Of a stretch of DNA of 64,000 nucleotides, positions 57,984 to 64,000 are shown piece after piece. The stretch's first letter is position 1. Every line of letters begins with the position of its first letter. This DNA comes from Eledone cirrhosa (lineage: Eukaryota), in NCBI GenBank assembly GCA_964016885.1, contig OZ024741.1, forward strand, positions 52,638,001 to 52,702,000. Reading direction: 5' to 3'. Made by a program: the position numbers and the translations under genes. The notes beneath the pieces were generated by a model. The model was given only the letters and a program-made list of their open reading frames with translations, did not search any database and was not told the DNA's origin.

Positions 57984-58064
<81 letters not shown>

Positions 58065-58429
58065 GTGGTGGAACACTGGAAGGTAATATCCGTAGTGGTA
58101 GAGCACTCAGTCCATGGGACGAGTTAGGTAGAAATGGTTACACAACAGTTAGTTCACCATACCGAGAACAATTGTTTCTCATTAGCGGATCCTCAGCTCG
58201 TAATGGACATGATTATACGGAACAGGAAGGACAACCGTACGAACGCGTATGCGCAGAAACCGTCACTTCACACAGGCAATACTAAAAAGCGTGCGAGAGG
58301 TGTGAGGGGAGATAACTGCGAAAGTTCGAAAAGTTTCTAGTTGATAAGAAAATTAATATTTATATAGTGATATAGTGATATAGTAATATTTATATAGTGA
58401 TACAGTGGCTGTGTTTAATTAAAGAGACG

Positions 58430-58513
<84 letters not shown>

Positions 58514-58520
<7 letters not shown>

Positions 58521-58776
58521 TAACAGATTAAAGTTTAAGCAAAGAATCGTTGCTTTCACCCTTAATGGTGTACTACAGAACAAAGGAGAGACACAAAATA
58601 AAGATCTAGTGACTGAGGAAGTCACAGAGTGTGTGAGAAAAGAGCTTTGATAAGAAAAACAACCTTCCGGTTATCGAACCAACCAACAGGAAATTTATAA
58701 TAAATTGAAGTGAAAACCAACAGGTGCGTGTGTTTTGTGTTTTATTAGCAGCACACCCCTCCCAAAGTATAATTAA
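58514..58776. repeat. ~260-bp TA-flanked module; inverted copy at 63701-63961, partial copy at 16019-16070
   Basis: Direct sequence comparison. Confidence 0.8.
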
Positions 58777-58848
58777 ATATATATATATATATATATATAT
58801 TATGAAAATAAAACAAAGAAGCCTTCAATACATCAAAAGTCTTTATTA

Positions 58849-58886
58849 GCCAACAATGTTTCGTCCTATTAAGGACTCATCAGGGC
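58849..58886 (-). ncRNA. Canonical minimal type I hammerhead
   Basis: gcc-CTGATGA-GTCC ttaata GGAC-GAAA-cattg-TT-ggc. Confidence 0.85.
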
Positions 58887-60548
58887 AATCAAAACCACAA
58901 GAAGTACTATCGGCCAATACAAGCTGAAAACTCCGAAGAATATGGAGTGTACATACACTAAAGTATTGGAAGATTATGGGTAAAAATATATAATAAAAAT
59001 CACTAAGGAGGTGGATAACATTTTGAACCATATTACAAATATAGTCCAAAGCAAAAAAACTAGAGCTAAACAAAGGTGGTTATATAGAGCGGGAATTATA
59101 GTACTATATATAATACAATATAATATAATATAATATACTTCTAACACTATTAAAATTAAAATTAAAATTAAAAGGCACAATATACATATGTATATATGTA
59201 CGCACACGTACGCACATATACATATACATCAATACACATTTCCATCATTAACAGCACAAATTAAACCTTATTAAGAGTTTAAATATAAATAAGCATCATA
59301 GGAATAAAAATAATAATAATACGTATATCTAATATACAGTATAACATGAAGTAATGAAATGATTAAAAATAACACATATAATATATAATAAACTATATAA
59401 TTATATAATATATAATATAATATAATAGATATTCTCCGGTTAATTTACACAAACAATATAGATGTCACAATAATACTATAATAATAATATAATAATATAT
59501 AATGGCATGTAAGTTAACAAATCAATTCATATAGAGTTACAGAGTAGGTGAGAAATAAATATAAATTTTTCAATACCCAAAATTATGATGGTACAAAAAT
59601 ATAAACATCTTACATTATATATAAAATTTAACATATCATAATGGTACATAAAATCATCGGTAAGTAATAAGGATCAATAGTACAATAACAACTTCAATAT
59701 AAAATAATGAACATAATATAATATATAATTACTTATAATTACAAGGTTGGTAAACAGACACATATATGAATGAGTGAATAAGGGCCAGACAGAAAATACT
59801 ATGCACAATAGTATTAATAAATAAATAAATAAAATAGCCGGAAATTAAAAAAAACAAAAACAAAAGTATTTACTTAGGTCTCACATGCAGTTAAGTAAAA
59901 ACTTAGGAAACAACCCAGATAAATGACTAGAAAACCCTATTTGATAAATTAATATTTAAAATACCTAATAAGGCAATACAATATTAACTATGGTTTAAGT
60001 AATCAAAATTCCTAAACATTAATATTTCACTATAAATATATATATAAAGGAATGAAATATTCTACTATCATTTACATAACGATATCTAAAAAACTGACTT
60101 AAGCAGAATTATGGTAGGCTAATAGGGACAGAAAAAAAGAAATGTATAGAGGATACAAAGGAGCATAAAATCATAATCAATATACTGTATTATATAATAG
60201 AAAGGAGCATAAAAGAGGGGGGATTAAATATAATCATAATATATTTGAAGGGGTTGGCAATAAGTTTATGTGTGCATGGGGGGGGGGGGGTGTTATCCAA
60301 AGAAGAATCCAAATAAAATAAAATAAAATGAAATAAAATAAAATAATATAAAATAAATAATCAGATATATACTCATAAGGTGTTAATAGTGAAAATTTTA
60401 TGTGTAAGAAGATAGATATGGTATAGTAGCCAAAAGATTATGAGAGCTAGAATAAAAAGTTGTCAAAAACCAATGATAATAATGATGATAATAATGGTGG
60501 TAAACAAAAAGAACCTAAACTAAAAAAATAAGTAATGGAATATATCAG

Positions 60549-61005
60549 CTAATGGATACAATTTACACTACTAGAACCTTTAGGTTTATAATAAAAGTAA
60601 GAATTAGAAATAGCGTGGGGGCAAGAAGAGATTATCTTAGACTTTCTATTAAGTAAGGATTCACTAGAGAAAATTATAGAGTGTGTCTCGAGGATACAGA
60701 GATTACAAAATTTAGTATGTGTAGAAGGGTTATTAGAGCGTGCTACTAAACGCCAATTAAGGCTATATGGTATATTAGCCCCCTTAAGATCCCAGATATA
60801 GTGTGCTAAAGAAGTAGAATTCTTAAACTTAACATGTTTGAAATTAGAGATATGAGAATTAAACCTAGTCTTAAAAGTGTTAGATGTGGAGCCTATATAA
60901 GTTCTATTAGAGGAATTAGTTATAACTACGCAAGCATAGACGATGTTCTTAGAGAGGCAGTTACCGTTTAAAGGGCAGTTAGCACTCACTCTACAGTTAC
61001 ACTTC
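60549..61005 (-). CDS. PLE GIY-YIG endonuclease domain (N-truncated)
   Basis: [63 protein letters not shown]. Confidence 0.85.
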
Positions 61006-61256
61006 CGGGTGCTATTGATTGGCTGAAGTAGTGATGCATTACACGTAGGATTACTATTAGATAAGGTCTGCTCTGGTGGTAAGGCATTTGCAGATCTGTT
61101 CAGACTAGTAGTATGTAGAGAGCAGTATCCATCCCTAATTTTCCTATTGTTAGTGCTAGCTAAATGAGAACTAATATTAGGGGTGGTAGAGAATGAAAGT
61201 TTAATAACATTTTTATTAAAAATACTATGGTATTTATATATATATATATATATATA

Positions 61257-61350
<94 letters not shown>

Positions 61351-61498
61351 CATATATATATATATATATATCCTTATCGGGCATAACCGCAGTAAGTAAG
61401 GTACTCAATACATAGCAGAGTATAAATATTTAATATAGAAATGGCTTCTACAGGACTAGAACTGTTGTCTCATTCGGAAGAAATCATCAGAAAAGTCC

Positions 61499-61530
<32 letters not shown>

Positions 61531-61538
61531 CGAGAGAA

Positions 61539-62931
<1,393 letters not shown>

Positions 62932-63066
62932 TTTTCTGATGATTTCTTCCGAATGAGACAACAGTTCTAGTCCTGTAGAAGCCATTTCTATATTAAATAT
63001 TTATACACTGCTATGTATTGAATATCCTACTTACTGTGGTTATCCCCGATAAGGATATATATATAT

Positions 63067-63140
<74 letters not shown>

Positions 63141-63160
63141 GCACACACACACATACATAA

Positions 63161-63205
<45 letters not shown>

Positions 63206-63208
<3 letters not shown>

Positions 63209-63670
63209 GGTTATGCACGAGTGCATTAATGTTTTCCAGGACACAGTGTTATGTACCGTGTAGTGGAATGTCAGCTTACAACAGAGTGGTGCTCAACGAA
63301 ATGCAGAAAAAGGTGTATATTCCAGTTTAGCTATATTCCGGGGCGTGTATAAAGAATTAAAAAGAACAGAAAGATGCAGTAAAAGAGATTTATTCGGTTC
63401 TTACGTACGTTTCAATAGACATCAATTTGGCTAAATCTCGCTACATCTATAATATTATATATTTAGTAGAGCATTCGATATCCAATGCACAATCGATCCC
63501 ATATCATCAGAGATCTCTGATGATATGGGATCGATTGCGCATTGGATATCGAATGCTCTAATAAATATATAATATTATAGATGTAGCGAGATCTAGGTAA
63601 ATTGATGTCTATTGAAACGTACGTAAGAACCGAATAAATCTCTTTTACTGCATCTTTCTGTTCTTTTTAA

Positions 63671-63676
<6 letters not shown>
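63206..63676. mobile_element. PLE-type fold-back module with long-stem-II hammerheads in both arms
   Basis: 63353-63512 pairs with 63513-63675, centre catcag-agatct-ctgatg; CTGATGA...GAAA-cgtacg-TA-agaac. Confidence 0.75.
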
Positions 63677-63701
<25 letters not shown>

Positions 63702-64000
63702 ATTATACTTTGGGAGGGGTATGCTGCTAATAAAACACAAAACACACGCACCCGATGGTTTTTACTTCAATTTATGATAAATTTCCTGTTGGTTGGTTCG
63801 ATAACCGGAATGTTGTTTTTCTTATCCAAGCTCTTTCCTCACACATTCTGTGACTTCCTCAGTCACTAGATCTTTATTTTGTGTCTCTCCTTTGTTCTGT
63901 ACTACACCATTAAGGGTGAAAGCAGCGATTCTTTGCTTAAACTTTAATCTGTTATTTTAATATATATATATATATATATATATAACGTCTCTTTAATTAA

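Larger units (their letters stand above)
58800..61230 (-). mobile_element. Hydra-like PLE fragment: GIY-YIG ORF, ~1.7-kb AT-rich 3' region and terminal hammerhead
   Basis: ORF 60549-60989 is preceded in frame by CNCRVSANC. Flanked by TA tracts. Confidence 0.8.

Overview
AT-rich, microsatellite-dense metazoan genomic DNA. The repeat inventory suggests an octopus/cephalopod, but that is inference only. No host protein-coding gene is recognisable; nearly all listed ORFs are microsatellite translations. The window is a stack of mobile elements: (i) one near-full-length decayed L1/Tx1-type LINE (36.5-42.3 kb), a 5'-truncated relative with a 17-bp TSD, and a 23-nt tail-only copy with a 23-bp TSD; (ii) five Penelope-like element (PLE) fragments encoding GIY-YIG endonuclease, one Neptune-like and four matching the CxCx5C 'Hydra'-like type; (iii) a ~4-kb non-autonomous Helitron carrying a GC-rich minisatellite; (iv) RTE LINE remnants, tRNA-derived SINEs and an RTE-like non-autonomous family. 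The most striking signal is dozens of short modules sitting in (TA)n tracts, mostly asymmetric head-to-head fold-back hairpins. By eye these carry roughly 25-30 minimal type I hammerhead-ribozyme motifs from many unrelated sequence families, and three families use the compensatory U3-A8 core instead of C3-G8. There is also evidence for local retro-copying with capture of neighbouring sequence, and a compound inverted duplication at the right end whose two arms were invaded independently. All coordinates and pairings were read manually and are approximate to a few nt.
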